Assembly (NCBI GenBank): GCA_964646945.1
Contig: CAZYIL010000002.1
Location: 1-46,976 of the forward strand
Direction of reading: 5' to 3'
DNA: 46,976 nucleotides
DNA from: an uncultured Marinoscillum sp.
GTDB taxonomy: Bacteria; Bacteroidota; Bacteroidia; Cytophagales; MED-G16
The notes under the pieces were generated by a model. The model saw nothing but the letters and a program-made list of their open reading frames with translations, was not told the DNA's origin and made no database searches. This document shows, piece by piece, positions 8,935-17,843 of the stretch. A program made the translations under genes and the position numbers. Every line of letters starts with the position of its first letter. Position 1 is the stretch's first letter.

Positions 8935-11027
8935 CTTAAATTTAAATTTATACTAGAATAGTTTTTTGAAATTTTCCCAGGCATTATAGATTGAAATACA
9001 ACTCTACCATATCCAGAAAATTTAACATTTAAACCTCTTTTTTCTAATAGGTATAAAGCATCCTTATAAGTCATTCCTTGTACATTAGGAATCAAGTTTA
9101 AATTTGATTCATTACTTTCCCAATAAATTGAATTATCAATAACTTTTGTTTTTACCCAATCATCTTTAGTATTTATATGATTTGAAATGCCAAAAAAATT
9201 TGATATATCAACCAAATCATTTTTGAAACCAGCTTTAATTAAAGGAAAGTTTTTTTGATTTAATTTAGATTTTTCAAAAACATTGAAAACATTATGATCC
9301 GTTAACAGTATTTTATCTGATATTTCTCTGAATACTGGTGCCGCTACATCACTTCCATAAATCCTATAATTTTTAGGTTCATCTATAACAACTATACAAC
9401 TATACTGAGGTTTTTCTGAAGGAAAAAATCCAACAAAAGAAGCATAATATTTATTAACATACTTTCCATTAGATACTTTTTTTGCAGTACCTGTTTTACC
9501 CGCTATTTTATAATAACTATTACTTATATTTTTTGCTGTTCCTTTTTCAACCACACCTTCTAATAAAAGTTTTGCTTTTTGAATTGTTTTATTGTTAACT
9601 ATTTGTTTTTCAACAATTTCAGTAGGAAATTCTTTCAAAATATTATTAGCCTTTACTATTTTTCTTACAATTACAGGTTTTACTATTTTTCCATTATTTG
9701 CTACAGCATTATAAAATGTTAAAGTCTGAAGTGGAGTAAGTTTAAGCTCATAGCCATGCGCCATCCATGGTAATGATACTTTACTCCAAGAGGAATCACT
9801 AGTTGTTTTTATGTATGGTTTACCATATCCAATCATTTGAAAATTTAAATCTTTACTCAAACCAAACGTTTTAATATAATCCAAGAATTTTTTTGGTGAA
9901 TTTCTAAAATGATCATCTATAAGCTTTGCGATTCCTATATTTGAACTTTTTTCAAAAACATCTCTAACTGTTATTTTTCCATATCCTCCTTCTTGATGGT
10001 CTTTCATTATTTCAGTGTAAAATTTATATTCACCTTCACCTGTATCTACTGAATCATCTAATTCTAAATCAGAATCTTCAAATAACGCCATTATACTTGC
10101 TAATTTAAAAGTGGATCCTGGCTCTCTTGAACCTTGAGAACCTACAGCATAATTATATAATTCAACATAATTTCCTCTAGAATTTCTACTAAGATTTGAT
10201 ATAGCTTTTATATCCCCTGTTTCAACATCCATAATTATAACACATCCATATTCAGCGTTATTATTTACTAAACCTTTTAATAATGCTGTTTCTGCTATAT
10301 CTTGAATATTTATATTTATGGTTGTAATAATATCATTACCATTTTCTGGTTCTTCTTCATTTCCGTCATAAATTGGCTTCCAATTATTACCAGCCATTTT
10401 TTGATAGAGAGCTTTGCCATCTTTCCCTATTAAATAATCATTAAAGCTAAATTCTAATCCAACAATACCATTATAATCTTCATCTACTGAACCAATAGTC
10501 CTATAGCCCAAACTTGAGAATGGTCTAAATCTTTGTTCAGTTTTTTCAAAAATTACTCCACCTGTAAGCCTGCCTTCTCTAAATATTGGCCAATTTGATA
10601 AAATTTCTTTTTCCTCATAATTAATTTTTTTTTTGTTTAATCTCAGATAACGTCTACCTGAACTTTTAGCATTTTTTATTAATGATCTGTAATCTTTTTT
10701 ACTCTTATCTTTAAAAAAATTTGAAAGAAGAAAACTCAAAGAATCAATTTTATTATTAAATAAAGATTCATCTACAATTGAGGGGTCAAAGGCAACTTTA
10801 TAAAAGGGCAACGAGGTTGCTAAAATACTTCCATCATCAGATAAAATACTCCCCCTATTGGCTTTAATTTTTAAATAAGAAAGATTAATATTTTCTGATA
10901 CCTTCCTCCAATGATTCCCTTCTTTGAATTGTAAAATAATTATTCTATAAAAAATTAGAGAGGAGAAAAGTGAAATAAGAACAAAACTTATTTTAGCCTT
11001 TATTAATATGGATTTTTTAATATTCAT
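8931..11027 (-). CDS. ftsI: Class B penicillin-binding protein (FtsI/PBP3-type transpeptidase)
   Basis: N-terminal membrane anchor and PBP dimerisation region. Transpeptidase motifs STFK (GSTFKLAS), SSN (KSSNIG) and KTGT (AGKTGTA). PASTA-like C-terminal segment. Lies between ftsL and murE. Confidence 0.9.
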   Translation of the reverse strand: MNIKKSILIKAKISFVLISLFSSLIFYRIIILQFKEGNHWRKVSENINLSYLKIKANRGSILSDDGSILATSLPFYKVAFDPSIVDESLFNNKIDSLSFLLSNFFKDKSKKDYRSLIKNAKSSGRRYLRLNKKKINYEEKEILSNWPIFREGRLTGGVIFEKTEQRFRPFSSLGYRTIGSVDEDYNGIVGLEFSFNDYLIGKDGKALYQKMAGNNWKPIYDGNEEEPENGNDIITTININIQDIAETALLKGLVNNNAEYGCVIIMDVETGDIKAISNLSRNSRGNYVELYNYAVGSQGSREPGSTFKLASIMALFEDSDLELDDSVDTGEGEYKFYTEIMKDHQEGGYGKITVRDVFEKSSNIGIAKLIDDHFRNSPKKFLDYIKTFGLSKDLNFQMIGYGKPYIKTTSDSSWSKVSLPWMAHGYELKLTPLQTLTFYNAVANNGKIVKPVIVRKIVKANNILKEFPTEIVEKQIVNNKTIQKAKLLLEGVVEKGTAKNISNSYYKIAGKTGTAKKVSNGKYVNKYYASFVGFFPSEKPQYSCIVVIDEPKNYRIYGSDVAAPVFREISDKILLTDHNVFNVFEKSKLNQKNFPLIKAGFKNDLVDISNFFGISNHINTKDDWVKTKVIDNSIYWESNESNLNLIPNVQGMTYKDALYLLEKRGLNVKFSGYGRVVFQSIMPGKISKNYSSINLNLR

Positions 11028-11353
11028 TTTTTTAAAATAATTTTTTCTGGAGGAACTTTAGATGATTCAAGATTTATTTTCTTAACTCTTTTTAAAACTT
11101 CAGATTCTTTTTTAGAAAACATATAATTATTTTTTATTGTGATATAATAAGATCTCAATTCTTCTACTTTTTTTTCCATCTTATTTATTTCTCTAATTCT
11201 TTTTTCAACAAAATGTTGATTGCCTATATACAAAAGAATAAAAAAAAGTATGTATAAAATTTTTAAAAAGTAATTGGTTGAAATAGAATTAATAAATTCA
11301 TTTGAAAAAAAATTTCTTAAATAAACATTTAATTTCTCTTTTAAAAAACTCAT
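11024..11353 (-). CDS. FtsL-like small bitopic cell division protein
   Basis: 109 aa with one TM helix ([17 protein letters not shown]) followed by a charged, coiled-coil-like segment. Occupies the ftsL slot between rsmH and ftsI, with 4-nt overlaps on both sides. No strong sequence signature. Confidence 0.55.
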   Translation of the reverse strand: MSFLKEKLNVYLRNFFSNEFINSISTNYFLKILYILFFILLYIGNQHFVEKRIREINKMEKKVEELRSYYITIKNNYMFSKKESEVLKRVKKINLESSKVPPEKIILKK

Positions 11354-12254
11354 ATTAATTCTCCTATTCTAAGTTTAGCACTTCTTGCTCTAGGGTTATT
11401 CTCTATTTCGTCCAATTTCGGCCTTATCGGTTTTTTATTAATTGATTTAAAAAATAATTTTTCATTTCCATAAAGATCTTTTTCTGGTTGACCAAGAAAA
11501 TTACCTTTTTTAATGAAATTTTTAACTAACCTATCTTCAAGAGAATGGTATGAAATAATAACTAATCTTCCATTATCATTTAAACTTGAAGGAGATTGTA
11601 TTAATACATCCTTTAAAGAATTAATTTCATCATTTATTTCAATTCTTAATGCTTGAAATACCTGAGAATAATATTTATTTTCTTTATTTCTATTAGCAAA
11701 TGATTTAATTATGTTAATTAGATCAATATTTGTTTTTATGTTTTTTTTTTTCTACTCTTAATAATGGAATTAGCTAATTGAATTGAATTTCTAATTTCAC
11801 CATATTTACTAAAAACATTAACCATCCTTTCAAGATTATAATTGTTTAACAAATCAATTGCTGAAAATGTAAGATTCAAATTCATTCTCATATCTAAAAA
11901 GTTTTCTCCCCTAAAAGAAAAACCCCTTTTATCACTATCAATCTGATGAGAAGAAACCCCAAGATCTGCAATAATTCCATCAACTTTTTCTAAACCATTC
12001 AGTTTTAAAAAATTTCTAAAAAATCTGAAATTAGCCTTAATAAAATGAAATGATTTATTCTTGATTAGATCAACATTTTTTAATACATCTTCATCAACAT
12101 CAAAAGAATATAATGATCCTTTTAAAGAAAGTTTATTTAAAATCGATTTAGAATGACCTCCTCCTCCAAATGTCAAATCAACATATGTTCCGTCTGGTTT
12201 TATATTTAATCCATTAATACACTCCTTAAGCATTACTGGAATATGATAATTCAT
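11350..12254 (-). pseudogene. rsmH: 16S rRNA (cytosine1402-N4)-methyltransferase RsmH/MraW, interrupted by a 1-nt frameshift in an A11 tract (T11 on the + strand at 11741..11751)
   Basis: The N-terminal half (11736..12254) has HIPVML, DLTFGGGGHS and DLGVSSHQ motifs. Hand translation of 11350..11735 in the -1 frame gives ...[19 protein letters not shown]...[19 protein letters not shown]...[15 protein letters not shown], which is the conserved C-terminal half. Twelve A instead of 11 would give one 301-codon ORF. It may be a sequencing error rather than a true pseudogene. Confidence 0.85.
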
Positions 12255-12259
12255 ATCTT

Positions 12260-12703
12260 TTAATCATCAAGGTATTTTTGAGCTAACTCAGAATAACTTT
12301 CTGAATCAGTAATTAAATAACTTTTATACAATTTTTTATTCCATATTTCAATTACATTCCCCATACCACACAGTATTACTTCTTTTTCAATCTTAGCATG
12401 AGATAACATGTTCTTGGGTAAAAGAAATCTACCATTATTATCCAATTCAACTTGAATTATACTACTAAAAAAATTTCTTTTAAGTTTTCTTTGATCTGAA
12501 TTGAACTCATTTAATGAAGATATTTTAATATGTAATTTTTTATACTCATTTAGAGTATAAATAATAAGATTAGGTTCAAAACCCTTTCTGATAACTATTT
12601 GCCTGGAAGAAGCCTCAGGTAGAATTGATTTTAGTTTTGAAGGTAAAACCAATCTACCTTTAGCATCTAACTTGCACTCAAATTCACTTGTAAAAAAGGA
12701 CAT
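12260..12703 (-). CDS. mraZ: Transcriptional regulator MraZ
   Basis: Duplicated MraZ/SpoVT-AbrB halves, each with the (D/N)xxGR motif (KLDAKGRLVLP, ELDNNGRFLLP). The ORF-track start at 12739 is TTG and would swallow the promoter. The ATG at 12703 gives MSFFTSEFECKLDAKGR, the typical MraZ N-terminus. Confidence 0.9.
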   Translation of the reverse strand: MSFFTSEFECKLDAKGRLVLPSKLKSILPEASSRQIVIRKGFEPNLIIYTLNEYKKLHIKISSLNEFNSDQRKLKRNFFSSIIQVELDNNGRFLLPKNMLSHAKIEKEVILCGMGNVIEIWNKKLYKSYLITDSESYSELAQKYLDD

Positions 12704-12724
12704 AACTAGAGTGTCAAAATATAA

Positions 12725-12789
12725 ACCACTTAGTAACAAATTTAATAAAAATTTTACATTTTATACCACATATTCCCACTTTATACCAC
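12725..12789 (-). promoter_or_regulatory. Putative MraZ operator: GTGG(G/T) boxes in 10-bp phase upstream of mraZ
   Basis: The minus strand reads AAAGTGGTATAAAGTGGGAATATGTGGTATAAAATG. The boxes are at + coordinates 12785..12789, 12775..12779 and 12765..12769, spaced exactly 10 bp. A fourth GTGGT at 12725..12729 lies 40 bp further on, in the same phase. This matches the known MraZ-binding architecture (GTGGG-type repeats at 10-bp periodicity). Confidence 0.55.
12737..12744 (-). promoter_or_regulatory. Candidate Bacteroidota -7 promoter box (TAAATTTG, consensus TAnnTTTG) for the dcw operon
   Basis: Exact match to TAnnTTTG on the minus strand, 33 nt upstream of the mraZ ATG at 12703. Sits between the three upstream GTGG boxes and the fourth box. 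Confidence 0.4.
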
Positions 12790-12846
12790 TTTTTTTAAAT
12801 TAAATAAAAAAGAAATAATATTTATAAAAAAATAAAATGTGAAATA

Positions 12847-13803
12847 TTAATTTTTTCTTTGAGAGAAAAATTTTAATAGATTAAACAAAGATGTTTTATA
12901 CTTAGAAGAAGGGAATAAATTAACAATTCTATTAGCATCATTAATATAATAATTCATTTTACTTTTGGCATAATCAATGCCCCCTTTTTCATTAACAAAA
13001 TTTAATATATTAGATAAATTAGATTGGTTTTTTATATATGATAAAATTTTATTTTTCTCATATTGATTTGATTTTTTTAATGAATAAATTAAAGGCAAAG
13101 TAATTTTTTTTTGTAAAATATCATTCAAAGAAGGTTTATCAAAATTTGAATTATTATAGGCAAAAAGATCATCTTTAATTTGAAAAGCTAAGCCTAAATA
13201 TAATCCTAATTTTTTCATAAGATTAATATTTTTATTACTTGTATAAGATGAAATAGCGCCCATTTCACAACAAGAAATAAACAAACTAGCTGTTTTCTTT
13301 TGTATTATTTTAAAATAAGTTTTCTCATCTATATCAAGACTTTTAGTTTTTTTAAATTGAATAATTTCACCTTCACTCATTTTTTTTACAGCTGAGGAAA
13401 GAACTTTTAAAAAATCAAAATCATTATTATTTAATGAAAAATTAAGACCACTAGATAAAAGATAGTCACCAACTAAAACTGAATATTTATTTTTCCATAT
13501 AGCATTTATTGAAAAATAACCTCTTCTATAATTTGAATCATCTACTATGTCATCATGAATTAATGTTGCTGTGTGTAGTATTTCAATCAATATTGCTGCT
13601 CTTTGAGTAGATTTGTTAATTTTTCCACAGAGACCTGCTGTTAAAAAAACAAGAATAGGCCTAATCTGTTTTCCTTTTCTTTTAATTAAATAATTAATTA
13701 TTTCATCTATAATTATATTATCACTCGAAATAGATTTTTTTAGTAACTTTTTAAAATCATCCATTTCTTTATTTATCGGATTTTGAATATTATTAAGGTT
13801 CAT
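12847..13803 (-). CDS. Polyprenyl diphosphate synthase (trans-isoprenyl diphosphate synthase family)
   Basis: Both aspartate-rich motifs are present (TLIHDDIVDD and FQIKDDLF). Length 318 aa is typical of the family. Confidence 0.9.
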   Translation of the reverse strand: MNLNNIQNPINKEMDDFKKLLKKSISSDNIIIDEIINYLIKRKGKQIRPILVFLTAGLCGKINKSTQRAAILIEILHTATLIHDDIVDDSNYRRGYFSINAIWKNKYSVLVGDYLLSSGLNFSLNNNDFDFLKVLSSAVKKMSEGEIIQFKKTKSLDIDEKTYFKIIQKKTASLFISCCEMGAISSYTSNKNINLMKKLGLYLGLAFQIKDDLFAYNNSNFDKPSLNDILQKKITLPLIYSLKKSNQYEKNKILSYIKNQSNLSNILNFVNEKGGIDYAKSKMNYYINDANRIVNLFPSSKYKTSLFNLLKFFSQRKN

Positions 13804-13882
13804 ATTAATAATTAAATGCTATTTTAATATTGATAAACATTATTTCTATTTTTACAGTTCAATAAATTAAAAAACTAATAAT

Positions 13883-15505
13883 TTGAAAAAAGGAAATTAT
13901 AAACAAATTTTAGACAAACCTTTAAAATGGCCCATCGTTCAATTATCCAAAAATAAAAAAGAATTTGTAGAAATAGTTTCAAAAAATTCTATAAATAATA
14001 TTTTAAAAAAATTGAATCGTAAAATTTTAAGGGAAGAACTTGAAACTACTATTTATAGAGAAAAGTTAAGAATACAAAAAAATCCATGGAGAGCTGACCC
14101 GCCTGACGAAGAAGATTTTTGGAAAAAAATTCAATCTGAGCTAATTGATCTTGATTTAGAAAATAAAAAATCTGCTGAAGCAAAAGAAAAGATTATGCTA
14201 AAAAAAATAGTTGAAAGGTATACAAAGGAAATGTCTAGTAATTTTAAAAGTACACATTACAAATTTGCTAGAAGAGTGATAGTAACATTTTTTGCTAGAT
14301 TATTGAATACAGCTAGATTAAGAAATCCTTTTGGAAATCTAGATCTTGATAATCAAATAAATATTTTAGGTAAAAAAAAGCGTTTAAGAAAATTAGCTAA
14401 AAAAGGTACTATAGTTATGGTACCAACACATTTTACACATCTAGATTCTGCTTTAATTGGATGGGCAATTTCACATTTAGGACTGCCTCCATTTATGTAT
14501 GGAGCTGGAATGGTTTTATTCAACATGAGTATTTTTTCATATTTTATGAATAGTCTAGGTGCATACAAAGTTGATAGAAGAAAAAAACATTTAATTTATT
14601 TAGAAACTCTTAAAACTTATTCAACTCAAAGTTTGATTCATGGATGTCACTCATTATTTTACCCTGGAGGAACCAGATCTAGATCTGGAGCAATCAATAA
14701 TAATTTAAAACTTGGATTACTATCTAGCGCATTTGAAGCTCAAGAAATTTTAAAAAAAATAAAAAAATCAAACAAAAAAATTTTTATTGTTCCAATAACT
14801 TTCAATTATCAATTTGTTTTAGAAGCCCCTGCATTAATAAATCAATATTTAATTTCAAAAGGACAAGAAAAATTTTATCTGGACAATTTAGGTTACTCAA
14901 ATTCTTATAAAATATTTACATTTCTACTAAAATTTTTCACTAAAGGATCCGATATATCTCTTACTATTGGAAATCCTTTAGATGTCTACGGAAATTATGT
15001 AGATAAAAATGGCAATAGCCTAGACAAAAATAATCTAATCATCAATTCAAAAAATTTATATGGTAAAAATAAAAATGATATCTTAAAAAAACTTTCAACA
15101 AAAATTAAGAATGAATTTCTTATGGGAACTCAAGTATTTCCAAGTCATATAATTGCTTTTACTCTTTTTGAAAAATTATGTACTAAATTCAAAAGGTTAG
15201 ATTTCTTTACAATTCTAAGATTATCTAATGAAGATCTGCATATGGACTTACAAGATTTTAAAATCTCATATTCAAAAACTTTAAAAAATATTAAGAATCT
15301 TGAAAAAAACAATAAAATTAAAACTTCAAAATATTTAAAGAATGACATCGATTCTCAAATTGAAAATGGAATAAATCACTTGGGAATGTATCATGCAGAA
15401 AAGCTGGTAGTAATAAAAAAAATGAAAATATATGTAAATAATATGAAAACCCTGTACTATTACAGAAATCGATTGAAGGGGTTTGGGTTAAAAAAACTTA
15501 ACTAA
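13883..15505 (+). CDS. GPAT/PlsB-type glycerolipid acyltransferase family protein
   Basis: Acyltransferase blocks in canonical order: HX4D (PTHFTHLDS), GAYKVDRR, YPGGTRSRSG and IVPITFNY. The start is uncertain: the frame opens with TTG at 13883 and the first in-frame ATG is codon 105. Confidence 0.7.
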   Translation: MKKGNYKQILDKPLKWPIVQLSKNKKEFVEIVSKNSINNILKKLNRKILREELETTIYREKLRIQKNPWRADPPDEEDFWKKIQSELIDLDLENKKSAEAKEKIMLKKIVERYTKEMSSNFKSTHYKFARRVIVTFFARLLNTARLRNPFGNLDLDNQINILGKKKRLRKLAKKGTIVMVPTHFTHLDSALIGWAISHLGLPPFMYGAGMVLFNMSIFSYFMNSLGAYKVDRRKKHLIYLETLKTYSTQSLIHGCHSLFYPGGTRSRSGAINNNLKLGLLSSAFEAQEILKKIKKSNKKIFIVPITFNYQFVLEAPALINQYLISKGQEKFYLDNLGYSNSYKIFTFLLKFFTKGSDISLTIGNPLDVYGNYVDKNGNSLDKNNLIINSKNLYGKNKNDILKKLSTKIKNEFLMGTQVFPSHIIAFTLFEKLCTKFKRLDFFTILRLSNEDLHMDLQDFKISYSKTLKNIKNLEKNNKIKTSKYLKNDIDSQIENGINHLGMYHAEKLVVIKKMKIYVNNMKTLYYYRNRLKGFGLKKLN

Positions 15506-15511
15506 ATAATT

Positions 15512-16753
15512 CTATTTATTTTCATTCATAGCTTTTATTCTTTGGTATAATGTTGGATGAGAAAAGTTTACAAAAACATAGGTTGGATTTGGCGTGAGAT
15601 TTACTAAGTTGTCTTTTGATAATTTTTTAAGTGCACTAATTAAATGTTTTTTATCAAAGGTTTTTCTAGCAAAATTATCAGCTTCGTATTCATTTTTTCT
15701 ACTTTTAATATTCATAAAAACATTAAGCACAGAGCTAATAGGTGAGTATAAAATAGAAAATGCAAAAATTTCAAAATGTCTAAAAGAAGTAGTCCCTCCT
15801 AAAGCAAATGAAACTTCACTATTGAATAGGATTAAAGAGAACAAGTATAACATAAAACCAGTTAATAATATTGATAAAATTATATTAGAAGTTATATGAT
15901 TTTTCTTATAGTGACCAACTTCATGTGCTAGCACTGAAACTAACTCTTCGTCACTATGGTTTTTAATTAATGTATCATATAAAACTATTTTCTTTTTTTT
16001 TCCTAAACCTGAAAAAAAAGCATTTGCTTTCGAAGATCTTTTTGAACCATCAATTACAAAAATATTTGACAAAGGAAATCCAACACTCCTAGAATAAGAA
16101 TTAATTTTATCTTTTAAAGATCCATCTCTAAGAGGAGAAAGTTTATTAAAAACAGGGAGAATTAAAGAAGTATAAAAAGCATTGATAAATAGTATAAATA
16201 AGGATATAAATAACCAAAAGTAAATCCAAAAGTTAGTAGAAAAAAACAATATTAGTATAAGAAGAGAAGAAATTAAAATCCCACCTAAAACAAAAACTAA
16301 AAAGAAAGATTTTAATTTATCAATTAAAAAAACTTTAAAAGTCATTTGATTAAAACCATACTTTTCTTCAATAACAAAATTACTATATAACTGAAAAGGA
16401 ATTGAGAGAAAATCAAAGACCAAAAAAATTGAACCAAAAAATAATAGTGACAAACTTAATTCGTTTTCAAGAGTATATGACCTCAAAAATTTATCAAGCT
16501 CACCCAACAAACCAAATTTCAAAACAACTAATAATACTAAAAAAGAAAAACTTGAATGAAATAAACTTAAAGTAAAATTATGTTTGTTATAATCTTGAGA
16601 TTTTTTATAATCTGAATCATTATAAATATTAATTAGTTCTTTTGGAATAGGGTTATCCATAGACCCAAAATTCAGATAAGATAATATTAAACCAAATACA
16701 TAATCACAAGCTATAATTATGATTATTATTGAAAGGATCAGTTCTGAATTCAT
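15512..16753 (-). CDS. M48-family zinc metallopeptidase (Ste24/CAAX-protease-like)
   Basis: Multi-TM N-terminal half, zinc motif HEVGHYKKNH (HExxH), and downstream NEYEAD. Confidence 0.85.
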   Translation of the reverse strand: MNSELILSIIIIIIACDYVFGLILSYLNFGSMDNPIPKELINIYNDSDYKKSQDYNKHNFTLSLFHSSFSFLVLLVVLKFGLLGELDKFLRSYTLENELSLSLLFFGSIFLVFDFLSIPFQLYSNFVIEEKYGFNQMTFKVFLIDKLKSFFLVFVLGGILISSLLILILFFSTNFWIYFWLFISLFILFINAFYTSLILPVFNKLSPLRDGSLKDKINSYSRSVGFPLSNIFVIDGSKRSSKANAFFSGLGKKKKIVLYDTLIKNHSDEELVSVLAHEVGHYKKNHITSNIILSILLTGFMLYLFSLILFNSEVSFALGGTTSFRHFEIFAFSILYSPISSVLNVFMNIKSRKNEYEADNFARKTFDKKHLISALKKLSKDNLVNLTPNPTYVFVNFSHPTLYQRIKAMNENK

Positions 16754-16780
16754 ATATTGAATATAAAATTACTAATTATA

Positions 16781-17794
16781 TCAAAAATTAGGTATAGGAC
16801 AAGATAATATTCTCACTTCTTTGGGAGGGAGTTTTTTACCTAAAAAGTTAAATCTATAAATTATTGATACTTCATGAGATCCCCCTGAAAAATTATTTAA
16901 TTGAGATATCGTATAATCATAAGTATATGAAATATCAATAACATCATATTTTAGACCAATCAAGATGATTAAAGATTCATGAGAAATGATGTTATCATAT
17001 TTAATTAACGGAATACCTCTATAGTAAAAACCAAGTGAAATAGGATTGAAAAAAATATGAGATCCTATATCCAATTGATTAAACTTTTTTAACCTTCTAT
17101 AGTTAATAGATGGGGTTAAATAGGTCTTTTTTGATCTATTTGAATTGCCTAAATCAAAACTATAACCACCATGAAAAGAAAATAACTTTGGAAGGTTTTC
17201 TTGAAGACCAATAAATGATATGTTAGGTTCTAAAATATTGAAAACAGACCCTCCTACCCAAAACTTATTTGAATAGGTAATCATACCTATTCCTAAATCA
17301 AAAAAACTAACTCTATCTTTAAATGATAATGATTCTAATGTTATATCGTTAATGATTCCAGCTTCACTTAGTTGATCTCCAAAAACAAGATTATTAAAAG
17401 AAATGTTCTTATTATTATAAGAAAATTGTACTCCTCCCCTAATAACTAAATTAGAATTTAATAATATTTCATTAGCAAAATTTATCCCTATTGAATTAGA
17501 GTTTAATCCTACATAACCTTCTTTTTGTCTGGAGATTATAAGTCCTAAATTATTATTGTTTTGATCAAAATTATAATCTAACCATGAAGAAAAAGTCTGA
17601 TAACCATTTGAAATAGAGGGCCATTGATTTCTATAAATAATCCCAAATCTTCCATATTCACCAACGCCTGTTAGAGCAGGATTTAAACTTAAGGGAGATG
17701 AATAATATTGACTGTAATCTAGATATTGAGAAAAAGAATAATTATTTAATAAAAAATAAAAAAAAAAATACAGAAATAGTCTCTTTTTATCCAT
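16781..17794 (-). CDS. PorP/SprF-family type IX secretion system membrane protein
   Basis: Signal peptide, then the family N-terminal signature ...YSQYYSSPLSLNPALTG (compare FSQY..P...NPA..G), and a beta-barrel-like alternating pattern to the C-terminus. The start was moved from TTG at 17824 to ATG at 17794 (MDKKRLFLYFFF...). Confidence 0.7.
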   Translation of the reverse strand: MDKKRLFLYFFFYFLLNNYSFSQYLDYSQYYSSPLSLNPALTGVGEYGRFGIIYRNQWPSISNGYQTFSSWLDYNFDQNNNNLGLIISRQKEGYVGLNSNSIGINFANEILLNSNLVIRGGVQFSYNNKNISFNNLVFGDQLSEAGIINDITLESLSFKDRVSFFDLGIGMITYSNKFWVGGSVFNILEPNISFIGLQENLPKLFSFHGGYSFDLGNSNRSKKTYLTPSINYRRLKKFNQLDIGSHIFFNPISLGFYYRGIPLIKYDNIISHESLIILIGLKYDVIDISYTYDYTISQLNNFSGGSHEVSIIYRFNFLGKKLPPKEVRILSCPIPNF

Positions 17795-17843
17795 ACAAAA
17801 AATTAAACGCTCTTTAATAAACAATATTACCTTTCACTACAAT

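Noticed and set aside
11354-11735. An apparently gene-free 380-nt gap inside the otherwise gapless dcw operon. I considered a small RNA or a novel small gene.
   Set aside because: Hand translation shows it is simply the C-terminal half of rsmH in a shifted frame (see the rsmH finding).
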